This document shows positions 1 through 10,900 of a stretch of 64,000 nucleotides of DNA, in pieces. The number at the start of each line of letters is the position of its first letter. Position 1 is the first letter of the stretch. A program made the translations under genes and the position numbers. A model generated the notes under the pieces. It ran no database searches, was not told where the DNA came from, and saw only the letters and a list, made by a program, of their open reading frames with translations. The DNA is from Desulfatiglandales bacterium (GTDB lineage: Bacteria > Desulfobacterota > DSM-4660 > Desulfatiglandales > Desulfatiglandaceae): positions 6,528,001 through 6,592,000 of the forward strand of contig OY759599.1 in the NCBI GenBank assembly GCA_963662465.1, written 5' to 3'.

Positions 1-1596
1 CACCCGATAGCCTCGAATCATGTTGAAAATCTGTTTTTCCGTGATGGCGGTTTCCAGTGAATTGCCTTGTGCTCCGATCATCATGGCTTGCCGGCAAAGG
101 GTTTCACGGGCCAGGTTGATGGCCTGGTCCATATCAAAACTACGATCGATTTTATGTTCCACCCCGGCTTCGGGGATGATGACAGTGCCCCTTTCCGTGT
201 CCGCTTGCAGGGTAACCTGCGCCGTGACTCTGGCGACGGCGGCGCCCACGGCGTTGGCCACGTCATAATGGGGTGGTACACGGCAGGGCAATCCCAGTGC
301 TTTTTCCACATAGGGCGCTAATTGAGGGGCGGGCCCGCCCATGACGAGTACGGATGTGGGCTCAATTTTTTCTTCGTTTAAGACCTCGTATATGGTGTAA
401 ACCGGCTGTGCATTGATATCATAAACAAAAGCCCTGGCCGATTGGGCAATGGTGTCGGCCATCTGTTGTAAGACCCGTTCAGCGGCGGTTTCGGCTTTGC
501 ACCCCAAGGCGTTGCCCAGGTCTTCCATGGCGGCCTTTGCCGCACGGTTGTTGCCGACGTCTAAAAGCCCGAGGGTGATCATGGCATCCGTTGGCGTGGC
601 GGTGTCTCCCCCAAAGGCAACCGGCGGTCCTTTACGCGCGGGTCCCACAGTCAGGGTTCCGTCGGCATTCTTTTGAACGGCGCTGTCTCCCCCCGTACCC
701 AGTGAATGGGTGATCAAGGATCGGATCAATGTTTTATAACGGCCCAGTTTAATTCCGTTGGGATTGAGAAGGGGGATGCCGTTAAGGACCACGGACATGT
801 CGGTGGTGGTTCCCCCCACGTCCAGCACCAGGGTCGTTCCCGGGCACCCGTCCAAAGCCAGGGCGCCCATGACGCCGGCGGCAGGTCCTGATTGGACGGT
901 TCGGGCGGGTGATTCGTTGCTTTTTATGAGATCAATGGTGCCGCCATCCGGCTTCAAAAGGTATCGTGGTGCGCGAAAGTTGCTTTCATCCAGGATGTGT
1001 TTAAGTGCATCGGAAAAGCCCTTATGGAGTTCATAGAGGGAGGCATTCAGATAGGTCGTAAAAATCCGACGGGGAAAATTGAGGATGCCTGAAATAGTGT
1101 GTCCCATGGCAACATGGGAGAACCGGTTCTTGACCCAATCGGCAATCTGATGTTCGTGAGTGGCGTTTCGAACCGAAAATTTTCCCACTACGCCAATAAC
1201 GTTGATGCCATCCGCCTCGATTTGCGCGGCGGCGTTCATAACGGACGACTTACTGAGGGGGACCGCCTCGAATCCCTGGTGATCCAGACATCCTTCGACC
1301 ACATGAAAAGACGGTCCAACGGAAAAGCAGGCCGGGTTGATGCCCGGTCCCGCGGATACGATCATGCCTGTAGGCTCAAGCTGGTCTTGAACGATGGCAT
1401 TGGTTGCCAGGGTGGTTGAAAAGGCCATGCGCTCAATCTGTTCCGGAACAATGCCGGCCAAGGTGCTTTCAAGAGCGTTTCGAAGGGTTAGAAGGAGATC
1501 TTCTCCCGTGGAGATTTTGGTTGCTGCTAAAATCCGATCCCCATCAATGAGTACCGTGTCCGTCTGTGTTCCACCTACATCAAGTCCCAGAATCAT
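1..1596 (-). CDS. Hydantoinase/oxoprolinase family protein (3' end runs off the window)
   Basis: Not in the ORF track because no stop lies in the window. Manual translation from ATG at 1596 gives MILGLDVGGTQTDTV..., STTLATNAIV, SGPAAG and DVGGTTTD, the hydantoinase A motifs. Confidence 0.85.
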   Translation of the reverse strand, partial: MILGLDVGGTQTDTVLIDGDRILAATKISTGEDLLLTLRNALESTLAGIVPEQIERMAFSTTLATNAIVQDQLEPTGMIVSAGPGINPACFSVGPSFHVVEGCLDHQGFEAVPLSKSSVMNAAAQIEADGINVIGVVGKFSVRNATHEHQIADWVKNRFSHVAMGHTISGILNFPRRIFTTYLNASLYELHKGFSDALKHILDESNFRAPRYLLKPDGGTIDLIKSNESPARTVQSGPAAGVMGALALDGCPGTTLVLDVGGTTTDMSVVLNGIPLLNPNGIKLGRYKTLIRSLITHSLGTGGDSAVQKNADGTLTVGPARKGPPVAFGGDTATPTDAMITLGLLDVGNNRAAKAAMEDLGNALGCKAETAAERVLQQMADTIAQSARAFVYDINAQPVYTIYEVLNEEKIEPTSVLVMGGPAPQLAPYVEKALGLPCRVPPHYDVANAVGAAVARVTAQVTLQADTERGTVIIPEAGVEHKIDRSFDMDQAINLARETLCRQAMMIGAQGNSLETAITEKQIFNMIRGYRV

Positions 1597-1635
1597 CGCT
1601 TTACCGCCATGGCATGAGTATTAATGGTTAACAAA

Positions 1636-2511
1636 TTATGCATTGATACTTCGATTCATTTTTCCGGATGTAAATTCTTCCAGGTCCAAAGCGATATGAT
1701 TAAATCCGATGTGACGAAATTTTTGGATAATGTCTTTTCGAATCGCATCATTTAGGATCAATTCGCGTTCCGTAGCTCCCACTTCGATTCGGGCCACGGC
1801 CCCGTGATGCCTCACCCGCAGTGTTTTGAACCCTTTGTTCAGGAGAAATTCTTCAGCCGTTTCAATCATGTTCAGTTTTTTTTCGGTGATGGCGCTGCCA
1901 TAGGGAAGTCTGCTGGCCAGGCATGCCATGGAGGGTTTGTCCCATTGGGGCAGCCCCATTTCTTTTGACAACAAACGAATCTCTGCTTTATTCAAGCTTG
2001 CATCCACCAGGGGCGCCCTGATGTCCGCTTCCACGGCGGCCTGAAGTCCCGGACGATAATCATCCAGGTCATCCACATTGGCGCCATGGACCACATAATG
2101 GATGCCCTTTTCCCGTGCAATTTCCCGTAGGGTTTCGAACAGGGCTTTTTTGCAATGGTAGCACCTGTCCGGACCGTTCGCCAAAAATCCTGGAAGATCG
2201 GATTCATGGGAAGAAAAGAGCAAGTGTGGTATCTCTCTTTCACGTGCGAACGCTATGGCTTCCATCCGTTCCCTAAGCGGGTGAATAGATGAAACCGCCG
2301 TGGCAGCCATTATTTTCCGCCCCAGCGCTTCCTTAGCGGCCGCTAGAAGAAATGCACTGTCCACGCCCCCCGAAAATGCCACCAGCAGGGACTTCATCTT
2401 TCTCAGCGCGACGATGAGACGTGCTTTTTTACTCCCGGCTGTGAGACTGTTCCTTATGTCGCTATGATCGGCATTCGGCAAAGCGGGGGGGGACGGTGAT
2501 TCAATACTCAT
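1636..2511 (-). CDS. larE: ATP-dependent sacrificial sulfur transferase LarE family
   Basis: PP-loop AFSGGVDS, RCYHCK, DDYRPG, PSMACLASR and RVRHHG motifs. Start uncertain (track start 2598). Confidence 0.85.
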   Translation of the reverse strand: MSIESPSPPALPNADHSDIRNSLTAGSKKARLIVALRKMKSLLVAFSGGVDSAFLLAAAKEALGRKIMAATAVSSIHPLRERMEAIAFAREREIPHLLFSSHESDLPGFLANGPDRCYHCKKALFETLREIAREKGIHYVVHGANVDDLDDYRPGLQAAVEADIRAPLVDASLNKAEIRLLSKEMGLPQWDKPSMACLASRLPYGSAITEKKLNMIETAEEFLLNKGFKTLRVRHHGAVARIEVGATERELILNDAIRKDIIQKFRHIGFNHIALDLEEFTSGKMNRSINA

Positions 2512-2590
2512 TGTGCTATTAACCCCATCACTTTTTCCCATGATATCAGTTATGGAAAAAAAAGTGAAGAAAGAGTTTGCGGATCCCGCA

Positions 2591-3373
2591 CTAGTCAATC
2601 TTGATCTTAAACCTGAAAGGGGACTTGTTGTTTCCCAGGATCAGAATGCCCTCCGGCCCATTAAAAAACAGGGGGCCGGGTGACCCTTCCTTACCTCCGA
2701 GCAACCGGCCGTCCACGATGGAACCCAGGTGACTTCCTCGATCGGAAACCCCGATGCGGCCGTCCTGCCGGATCAATTCCATATGGTGTCTTGAAATCTG
2801 AAGGGGTACGGCGTCCGGAATCCTCAGGTCATTATAGGACAATGGATCCCTGCTTTTTCTCCCGATAAGAAATGGGAATTTCCTGATCCGGTAGGGATTT
2901 TCCGGTAGTGCCTGGGAGGCAATGGGCGTTAGTCCTTCCATGGAAACCGTCCCCGCGTCCCCCTCCACCTTTTCTTGGACTACCGCCATGGCATCATGGT
3001 GCGGGTCACCCGTTTCGGAATGCTGCATTTGCAGTATTTTCATGTGAGAATCACGAAGACGTTCGAATATCACCTTTAAAACGGCCACGGCGGCATCCGG
3101 GTCGGTCTGAAGGCTTTCCAGAAAATCATTCCTGTGAATCTCGCGGGCCATGGTTTCTTCCATGGCCGTTACGGTGGCGCTGCGCGGTTTATCGTCGATC
3201 ATGCTCATTTCACCAAACGGTTCCCCCGCCTCAACATAACCCAGGTGAACCTGTTGGCTATCCAGCTGCTTCGTTACATGGGCACGCCCCCGCTCCAGAA
3301 TATAGACCGCATCGCCCATGTCGTTTTCTTTGATAATGATTTCTCCCGCTTCATATTGTCTTAACGTAATCAT
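2591..3373 (-). CDS. Cyclic nucleotide-binding domain + FHA domain protein
   Basis: FGEMSMIDDKPRSATV cNMP cassette, then GR...ISRHH...DRGSHLGS FHA motif. Start moved to 3373 because a promoter lies at 3492-3520. Confidence 0.8.
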   Translation of the reverse strand: MITLRQYEAGEIIIKENDMGDAVYILERGRAHVTKQLDSQQVHLGYVEAGEPFGEMSMIDDKPRSATVTAMEETMAREIHRNDFLESLQTDPDAAVAVLKVIFERLRDSHMKILQMQHSETGDPHHDAMAVVQEKVEGDAGTVSMEGLTPIASQALPENPYRIRKFPFLIGRKSRDPLSYNDLRIPDAVPLQISRHHMELIRQDGRIGVSDRGSHLGSIVDGRLLGGKEGSPGPLFFNGPEGILILGNNKSPFRFKIKID

Positions 3374-3491
3374 CCGTCTTCCTCCCCCTGCGTTCCCGCA
3401 ATTCCTGATAGTTTGCCGATTTGAACATGAACATAAGCTTTCGTGTGGACGGCTCCGTGATGGCTCAGGGAAACCGGATTGGATTTGACGG

Positions 3492-3520
3492 ATAGTAGAA
3501 AAACGACTATTCACTGTCAA
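3492..3520 (-). promoter_or_regulatory. Sigma70-type promoter for the cNMP-FHA gene
   Basis: Minus strand TTGACA-N17-TACTAT. Confidence 0.6.
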
Positions 3521-3563
3521 GTTCATTCAGTCGCCATTCGACTGAAAAAAATCTCTTCGGGTT

Positions 3564-3592
3564 TTGACATTCCGGGACCATTCTTTTATAAT
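3564..3592 (+). promoter_or_regulatory. Sigma70-type promoter, perfect consensus
   Basis: TTGACA-N17-TATAAT upstream of the AMIN gene. Confidence 0.75.
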
Positions 3593-3695
3593 ACTCGAAT
3601 TATCTGCCAGGCAATCATCGGTTGACTGTTGGAAACTCGCCTTAAATGTATTGCTTGCCAGGCTGTTTATCATTTGAAAGCGGAGGGATTTTTAA

Positions 3696-4145
3696 GTGAA
3701 AAGTATGCCTATTTATATCTTTGCTTTGCTCGCTTTTGTCTTGGCGGGGTATCCTTCACCTGTCGCTTCAAGTGAGCGTCTCGCAAGTGGGGCGAAAAGC
3801 GACAAGCAGGAAAAAGTCCTGGTAGGAGACATGAATTTTGTAAAAGAAGAAAATGGCGCTGAGAGAGTTTGTTTTTCACTGAGCCGTTTTTGTATTCCTG
3901 GGATCTTTTCTATTCCAGGGAAGAAACCCAGGATTGTCGTAGACATCAAAGGGGTTCCGGCATGGTATGGAAAGCCCCGAATCCAGGTCAACGGCAACCA
4001 GATTGAGCAGGTCCGAATTCATCTGCACAAGGCGGAAGACAAACTTCGGATTGTTTTGGACCTGAACCCTTCGCTGGATTTTATGGTTGAGCCCCGATAT
4101 TATGAGGCGGAACGTCTGTACTGCGTCTATGTGCTTCCCAAATAG
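3696..4145 (+). CDS. AMIN domain periplasmic protein
   Basis: Signal peptide; PRIVVDI...QVRI...LRIVLDL AMIN pattern. Confidence 0.7.
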   Translation: MKSMPIYIFALLAFVLAGYPSPVASSERLASGAKSDKQEKVLVGDMNFVKEENGAERVCFSLSRFCIPGIFSIPGKKPRIVVDIKGVPAWYGKPRIQVNGNQIEQVRIHLHKAEDKLRIVLDLNPSLDFMVEPRYYEAERLYCVYVLPK

Positions 4146-5025
4146 GGCCGCCGCTAAACGGCATATATTTATTCCTCTCCTGGTTTCCCTTCTGGTTATG
4201 GGGTTTTCACTGCCTGCGTGGTCCGGGGTCATTCGAACAACCGTCTCCAGCCATTGTACCATCACCCCTTCCGGTGATCTGGAATTAAACTTTGACATTC
4301 GGAATAAGGGCAACGTTACTGCCCACAAAACGGCGGCCACTTTGATCATATTTGATTCAATACGCCGTTACCCCGATTTGGGGGAAAACGCACCGGATGG
4401 GAATATTGCCCTGAAGGATAAAATCGACTGCCCTGGCTGGAAACCCGGTGTATATGTCGGTGTCGTTGTGGTTGCCTTTGAGGAAGAGAATGGTAATCCC
4501 CACATTGCTTATCATTTTTTTACCGTTAAATATCGTATGAAAAACAAGAATTTGCTCACTGCTGCCCCCCTTCAGCTGCTGGTAGACCCGCCTGTTTTCA
4601 ACCGGAAGGTCTTTTGGGACAGGGAAAAACCATTGAAGCTTATCTTGAAAAACTGCCGGAACTCAACCATTGCACCTGACCTGAACCTCTATCTTCCCGA
4701 TGGCTTCACCTCCCCGGGCGCCGGGGAGTCCTGCCAACTCCCGGCCGAAGATGAACGGGTGATCACGATTCCTGTTTTTCGAAGCGCAAATGCCGAGTCA
4801 AACAAAACCCTTCATCTGATCGTAAATTATGAATTCAACGAACTGCATTATGCTTCGCACCTCAAAAAAACGATCCGGATAGAAGAAAAACCGGTTTTTT
4901 TCAAGGCTTACCTGGTGATAAGTGCTGTTCTTCTTATTCTCTTGTGGGGGCTGTTGCTGGTTTTAAAAGAGAAAGTGAAGAGTGAAATAAATGAGGCTTA
5001 CCATGGAAACCGACGACATTATTAG
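4087..5025 (+). CDS. Exported Ig-like protein with C-terminal TM anchor; paralog of 36727-37542
   Basis: N-terminal hydrophobic segment, NxGxxTA motif, beta-rich body and C-terminal TM with basic tail. Start uncertain. Confidence 0.55.
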   Translation: MSPDIMRRNVCTASMCFPNRAAAKRHIFIPLLVSLLVMGFSLPAWSGVIRTTVSSHCTITPSGDLELNFDIRNKGNVTAHKTAATLIIFDSIRRYPDLGENAPDGNIALKDKIDCPGWKPGVYVGVVVVAFEEENGNPHIAYHFFTVKYRMKNKNLLTAAPLQLLVDPPVFNRKVFWDREKPLKLILKNCRNSTIAPDLNLYLPDGFTSPGAGESCQLPAEDERVITIPVFRSANAESNKTLHLIVNYEFNELHYASHLKKTIRIEEKPVFFKAYLVISAVLLILLWGLLLVLKEKVKSEINEAYHGNRRHY

Positions 5026-5698
5026 AAAAGAAATTACCATTGCTATCCCTGCGCTCAATGAGGCCGGCACCCTCGCCGATATTATCACGGAAAGTAAGCA
5101 CTATTCAGATGATATCTTGGTCATTGATGGACATTCTACGGATGACACCGTGAAAATCGCTAAAGCCATGGATGTCCGCGTGATTTTTGACAACCGTAAA
5201 GGCAAAGGGGAGGCTATCAGGGTTGCCATTCCCCATCTGAACCGGAACATCGTGGTCTTCGTGGACGCGGACGGATCCCACGACCCAAATGATATACCCC
5301 GCCTGGTGACGCCGATCCTGAATGACGAAGCGGATCATGTGTCGGGTTCAAGACTCCTGGGGGGGTCAAGCGAACTTCATGGCGGATTCGACGAATGTTT
5401 TCGGCTCATGGGCAGTTCGTTTATCACGGCCTGTATCAACCATCGATTCAACGTTTCCCTTTCTGAAAGCCAAAATGGATTCAGGGCCATTCGAACAGCG
5501 GTACTCAGGTCACTTGGCCTTATTGAGGACATCACCACCATTGAACAGGAAATGATTATTAAAACCCTGAAAAAAGGCTATCGAATGGGAGAGGCGCCCA
5601 CTCACGAGCAGAAACGCAAGGCTGGATATTCCAAGATCCAAGTGAAAAGAGTCGCTTTTCGGTACGTCTGGACCCTTGTGAAATATCTCTATTTTTGA
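5003..5698 (+). CDS. Glycosyltransferase family 2 (DPM1-like, polyprenol-phosphate sugar synthase type)
   Basis: IPALNE, DGHSTDDT, GKGEA, DADGSHDP, GSR and SQNGFRA motifs. Confidence 0.85.
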   Translation: METDDIIRKEITIAIPALNEAGTLADIITESKHYSDDILVIDGHSTDDTVKIAKAMDVRVIFDNRKGKGEAIRVAIPHLNRNIVVFVDADGSHDPNDIPRLVTPILNDEADHVSGSRLLGGSSELHGGFDECFRLMGSSFITACINHRFNVSLSESQNGFRAIRTAVLRSLGLIEDITTIEQEMIIKTLKKGYRMGEAPTHEQKRKAGYSKIQVKRVAFRYVWTLVKYLYF

Positions 5699-5721
5699 AT
5701 CACGTCACCCTTCACTCCGGG

Positions 5722-5868
5722 CTGGTTCCCATGCTCTGCGTGGGAACCTACCTTGGACGCTCCCGCGTCCGACAATTCGTCTTTTGAACAGCTACATGCC
5801 CATTTCTTAGGGCTCCAAACCGGGACGCAGAGCGTCCGAAAACCGTTCCCACGCAGAGCATGGGAACG
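5722..5868. repeat. REP/REPIN-like inverted repeat element, right end interrupted by the intron
   Basis: CTGGTTCCCATGCTCTGCGTGGGAAC (5722-5747) and its inverse GTTCCCACGCAGAGCATGGGAACG (5845-5868), with inner palindromes GGACGC..GCGTCC at 5755-5770 and 5823-5837. Confidence 0.75.
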
Positions 5869-7771
5869 GTGCGCCTGTGAAGGCGCTTTATCAGTGCGGT
5901 GAAAGTCCGTACCGGAGTATGCCATAGCTCCGTAGCCGAAGGTAACTGCGTCGCCGCGAGGCGGGGTGGAGAGCAACCGGAGGCGAAAAGTCAGTCCGTA
6001 GGATGACGAACCCGATTCGGTGTCATGTGGTGGCGAGCCTACCGTTCCATGGTGAAGCCTGAAACTCACAGACCACGCTGTAATGGCGGTTAAAGCGATG
6101 GTTTGACGGCATGGTATGTTTGGGGTCGGAATGACTGGAAGGTAAAGCGAGATAAGCAGGGAGACCTGTCTCTTGGGGTGACAGGAGGCAGGAGTCAGAG
6201 TCCTCATAGTACCGTAGCGACAGAACGGTCCTGCTAACAAGGCTTACGGCGTGAGACCAGTACCCGCCGCCTGCGTCGGATACCGGGTTGTGAAAAGCGC
6301 GGATAGCAAAACCGTGCCGAGGGAAGGAGGATAGGAAGATAGATACGGAAAGGTCATATAGATGCAGCTAAATCAAGCAGTCTCGGCAGTGTTGGAAACA
6401 ACTAAACGCGAGGCAGAAACCCGATGGGATTGGGTGGAAGCATCGGTGTGGACGGAACGTATGTTGGCAGCCCTGGGTAACGGGGTGAAAGGTGGTAAAT
6501 GGTACAGTTTGATGGATAAGGTGTTCGCCTTGTCGACGCTGGAAGCGGCTTGGGGACGTGTCAAAGCCAATAAAGGAGCGGCAGGGATAGACCGTATCAG
6601 CATAAAGCGCTTTAAGGAGCAGGCGGAGAAATACCTTGCCGAACTGCATGAAACCTTGAAAGCGGGAACGTACCGACCGGAAGCGGTAAAACGGGTATAC
6701 ATTCCGAAAAGCGACGGCAAACAACGCCCGCTGGGGATACCCACGGTCAAAGACCGGGTAGTGCAGGCAGCGGTTAAAATGGTTATGGAGCCCATATTCG
6801 AGCATGAATTTCTGCCGATGAGTTACGGCTTCAGGCCGCAAAGAGGTTGCAAGGACGCGTTGCGAGAAGTAGACGCGCTTATTAAGGAAGGCTACACCTT
6901 CATACTGGACGCCGACCTGAAAAGTTACTTTGATACGATTCCGCACGATAAGCTGATGCAACAAGTCGAAATGCGCATCAGCGACGGCAAATTGCTCAAT
7001 CTGATTCAAATGTTCCTGAAACAGGACGTGATGGACGGCTTGGAAAGATGGACACCGACGGGTGGTTCGCCACAAGGGGCGGTAGTCAGCCCCTTGCTTG
7101 CGAATATTTACCTGCATCCTCTTGACAGCCTGATCGCGGAATCAGGTATGCGGATGGTGCGTTACGCGGACGACTTTGTTATCCTCAGCCGCAGTCAAAC
7201 GGAAGCGGAGAATGCTTTGCAAAAGGTACGGGAGTGGGTACAGGCTAATGACCTGAGCTTACACCCGGACAAGACGCATCTTGGCGACTGTCGACAAAAG
7301 GGTCAGGGATTTGAATTCCTGGGATACCGGTTTGAGGCAGGAAAGCGCTGGATACGCAGTAAAAGCCGTAAAGCCCTTCGTGATAAAATCCGGGAAGAGA
7401 CCCGGCGCAAACGTAGCGGAAGTATGGAAAGCATCATTGATGATCTGAACCCCATGCTTGAAGGCTGGTTTGGTTACTTCAAACACGCCTACCGCACTGA
7501 GTTTGCGGCGGTGGATAAGTTTGTCCGCCGACGCTTACGCGCCGTATTATTGCGTCGTAACAAACGCAAGGGCTGGGGCAAAAGCCTTGAAGCCCACCGC
7601 CGCTGGCCGAATGCCTACTTCGCGAAAATCGGGCTTTTCACTATGCATGAGGCCCGGTTAGCAGCGTGCCGATCCCGATGAGGAAACTATCGACCGGAGA
7701 GCCGTGTGCGGGAGAACCGCATGCACGGTTCGGAGGGAGGGGAGAGCCCAGAGGCTCTTTCCTACCCCTAT
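5869..7771 (+). mobile_element. Group II intron (full length)
   Basis: 5' GTGCG at 5869; domain V GAGCCGTGTGCGGGAGAACCGCATGCACGGTTC at 7699-7731; DVI hairpin ending CCTACCCCTAT at 7771; internal RT ORF. Confidence 0.9.
6362..7681 (+). CDS. ltrA: Group II intron reverse transcriptase/maturase (no endonuclease domain)
   Basis: GAAGID, RPLGIPTVKDR, SYGFRP, PQGAVVSPLLANIYL, YADD and FLGY motifs plus X domain; 439 aa. Confidence 0.95.
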   Translation: MQLNQAVSAVLETTKREAETRWDWVEASVWTERMLAALGNGVKGGKWYSLMDKVFALSTLEAAWGRVKANKGAAGIDRISIKRFKEQAEKYLAELHETLKAGTYRPEAVKRVYIPKSDGKQRPLGIPTVKDRVVQAAVKMVMEPIFEHEFLPMSYGFRPQRGCKDALREVDALIKEGYTFILDADLKSYFDTIPHDKLMQQVEMRISDGKLLNLIQMFLKQDVMDGLERWTPTGGSPQGAVVSPLLANIYLHPLDSLIAESGMRMVRYADDFVILSRSQTEAENALQKVREWVQANDLSLHPDKTHLGDCRQKGQGFEFLGYRFEAGKRWIRSKSRKALRDKIREETRRKRSGSMESIIDDLNPMLEGWFGYFKHAYRTEFAAVDKFVRRRLRAVLLRRNKRKGWGKSLEAHRRWPNAYFAKIGLFTMHEARLAACRSR

Positions 7772-7966
7772 AGTGCGAAAGCGAAGTCAGTAGCGATTTT
7801 CACGTTAATCCGCGGTGAGCCAATCTTTTTTTCAATTTTAATGAAGGATGCGGAATTATGTTGGGATTGATAACCGCAATTTTTTAAATCCTCACAAGAG
7901 GACCCCATAATCTTCTGTGATCCTCTGTTTTTCAACCGTAAACCGGCAACCGTAAACCGTGAACGG

Positions 7967-10900
7967 TTACTTCTTAGTCAACCGACAAACACAATCCCAC
8001 TGCTCCCCGGGAGCTACCGGTGGATTCCCTTTAAACGCCCGGCATCGATCAATATACACCTGGGAAGGCGTGGTTTTTCCATCGGGAACCCGTTCCATTT
8101 TCAGGGCTTCCTCAAAGCGGGCGATGGCCAGGTCCCATGCCATATCGAAATAATGGGCCATTCCCAGGTCAAACACCTTTATTAAATCTTTTTCCGCATC
8201 GGTGAGGCCCCCTTTCATGGCGCAAAGCTCATAGACCCGTACCGGTTCGGACTTTCCCACGACGGCAATGGTGTCAATAAAACGGACTTCCACCAGGTCA
8301 AACACCTGTTTCGTGTTGCCGTCCTCATCCGTGATTCCCCTCTGAAGGGTATCGTGGCTCACCAGGATGTACACGCCGTACTGTTTGCCCGCCTCCTCCA
8401 GCCGTGCCGCCAGGTTTACGGGATCCCCCATCATGGTGTAGTTCATCCGCATGGCGCTTCCCATATTGCCCACCACGATTTCACCCGTATTGATTCCGAT
8501 GCGCATCTTCATGGTGTGAACGATTGCCGGCCATTTGTCCCCCGGCTTCCACTCGTCCGTATTTAATTTCTTGGTGTTGCGATCCGGATCATTGGGGTTT
8601 TGTTTTTCATTTCGCCATCTTTCGCAAAGCACCGTGAGTTGTCGCTGCATGGAAACCGCCACCCGGCAGGCTCTGAGTGCGTGGTCGGGAACCGCCATGG
8701 GCGCCCCGAAAAAAGCGATGATGGCATCTCCCTCGTATTTGTCCAGGGTTCCCATTTCATTGATCAGAATATCCGTCATGACGGAAAGGTAGTCGTTGAT
8801 GAGTTCCACCAACTGGTTGGCGGTCAATTTCTCGGAGAAAGTTGAAAATCCCTGAATATCGGTGAAATAGGCGGTAATGGGCCGCGCTTCCCCTCCCAGG
8901 GTGGGCATGGTTTTGTTTTTGTACATTTCGTCAATAATCTCAGGCGCAAGATAGCTGGAGAAGGTGGTCTTCAGAAATTTTTTGTCTTTCTGCTCCGTCA
9001 AAACCTTAAATACGATGATGCCCCCGAATATCATGACGTTTGAAAAAACGAGCGGCGTGGTGGTCAAAAACAGATTTGATAAGCTGAAAAGGGCAAAACT
9101 GACGATCAGGGTCCCGAGTAAAACCGTGATAAAGATAGCGCTGCCGATGCGAATACTGGTGAACCCGTAAATCAAACAGCAGAAGAGGCAAAGCCCCAGA
9201 AGTACCAACAAATCAAAATGGGGAATATCCCGAGAAAGGGTCAGCTCGTTTCGGGTAATGATCGTATTAAATGCGTTGATCAGGGTGTTAATGCCGGTCA
9301 TGGCGCCGTAAGGGGTTTGTTGGATATCTCCCAGTATTCGCGCCGTTGCGCCGGTAAATACAAACTTGTTGTAATAGCGTTTAAACTGTTCAGTATAGGC
9401 GTCCATGAGGGCCGCCGCCACCGATTTTTCGCTCAGAAAATAAGCCGGATCTTGCCCAGCCGCCATGCCGAAATCGGGGTATTGGTCAATGAGGGTTCGC
9501 AAAGTGCCGGGTGCGGCATCGAGGTTCATGAAATAGTAGGCATAAAAAAAATATTTCCCATTTTCAGGATAGCGATTCAGGTACTCCCGTAAACGAGCAT
9601 CATCCTGTACTTCATCACCCAGATCCCGGGCGGCCTGATTGAAGATATGGTAGGATTTTTCTTCACAAAAGGCAAAAAACCATTCTTCAAGGGCACGGGT
9701 GTCATAACCCGCCTCGATGTTGCCCGAAGCATCCAGCACCGGAATTTCAGGCATGGCATCCATGGCATATATTTTGCTGTAGCTCTTTGTGGGTACGGTG
9801 TTGAACATCTCGGGCGCCCCGGTCCTGGCATCGATGAAATACCGTTTTTCGGTGCCTGAATAGTTGATGTAGCCGAATCCCGGCACCGGGGTTTGGATTT
9901 CGATGGTCCCTTTTTCATAAACAACCAGATGAATCCGGTTTGCCTCGCCTTTCTGAGCCGCGTCAAAGATCTCCCAACCCTTCAGAATTTTAAAGCCCCC
10001 GGTTTCTTTCAGCACATGGAGGGGGAAATCCGGCGTTTTTTTCCCGGGCTTGGTTTCCATCCGAAGCCGGTTTGAGAGTAAGGCAAACAGGTTTCGGTTA
10101 TATGGGTATTCCTTGGGCGGCGCCGGGTTCAGAATTTTATTTTTTAACCATTTAAAATCCTTTTCAAACAGCTCGAGCCGGCGGGTCGATGGATCCAGCA
10201 CCGGAATATTTGCCGAAGAAAAAACGACTTTGTCCCGTTCTATTGAAACATCTTCATTGGCGACACGATAATATCGCTTCACCAGAACAAGGGTGGCTGT
10301 AAACAGGTTTCGAGCGGTTCCATCGCTCATTTTGTAGGTATAGTAAAGGGGGAACATACGGGTTACGCCATCGTCGTCTGAAAGGACATTGACGATGGCC
10401 GGTTGCGCGTTGGATATGAATTCGCTCAACACCGGTTCAAGGGAGTGAAAGACCAGAAGACTGCTGTTGTTTTTTAAAGGCAGTGAATAGTTTTTTAGAA
10501 TTTCTTCATTGAAGAGAATGCGGTTCAGGTAGGCTTTGGGAAGATCCGGCCGGGGGTGTTCCACCAACTGAACATCCAGAAACACATTGTGGTATTTTTC
10601 AAGGGTTTTGGAAAAGGCCTTGTCCATTTCACCAAAGGCGTTTTCCACTTTTTGTAGAAGTTCCGGTTCAGATGTCAATTTTTCCGACAGAAACGGGGGA
10701 GTGGTTTCACTCTTTACAAAGACCACATCAAACATCACCGTTCTGGGGGAAAATTTTTCCAGATTCTCCAGCATTTGCGCATGAACATCCCGTTTCCAGG
10801 GCCATTTTCCAATGGCAGCAATGGAATCTTCATCAAACCCCAGGAGGATCACCTCCTGGCTTACCAGGGGGTTGGGTTCGTGGATCTCGGGTTCCCGCAT

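Noticed and set aside
5689..6240. 183-aa minus-strand ORF
   Set aside because: Antisense to the intron's structured 5' RNA and the REP element.
6362..7681. RT as a retron, DGR or CRISPR-associated RT
   Set aside because: Intron 5' end, domain V/VI and maturase X domain are all present; no template/variable repeat pair or cas genes seen.
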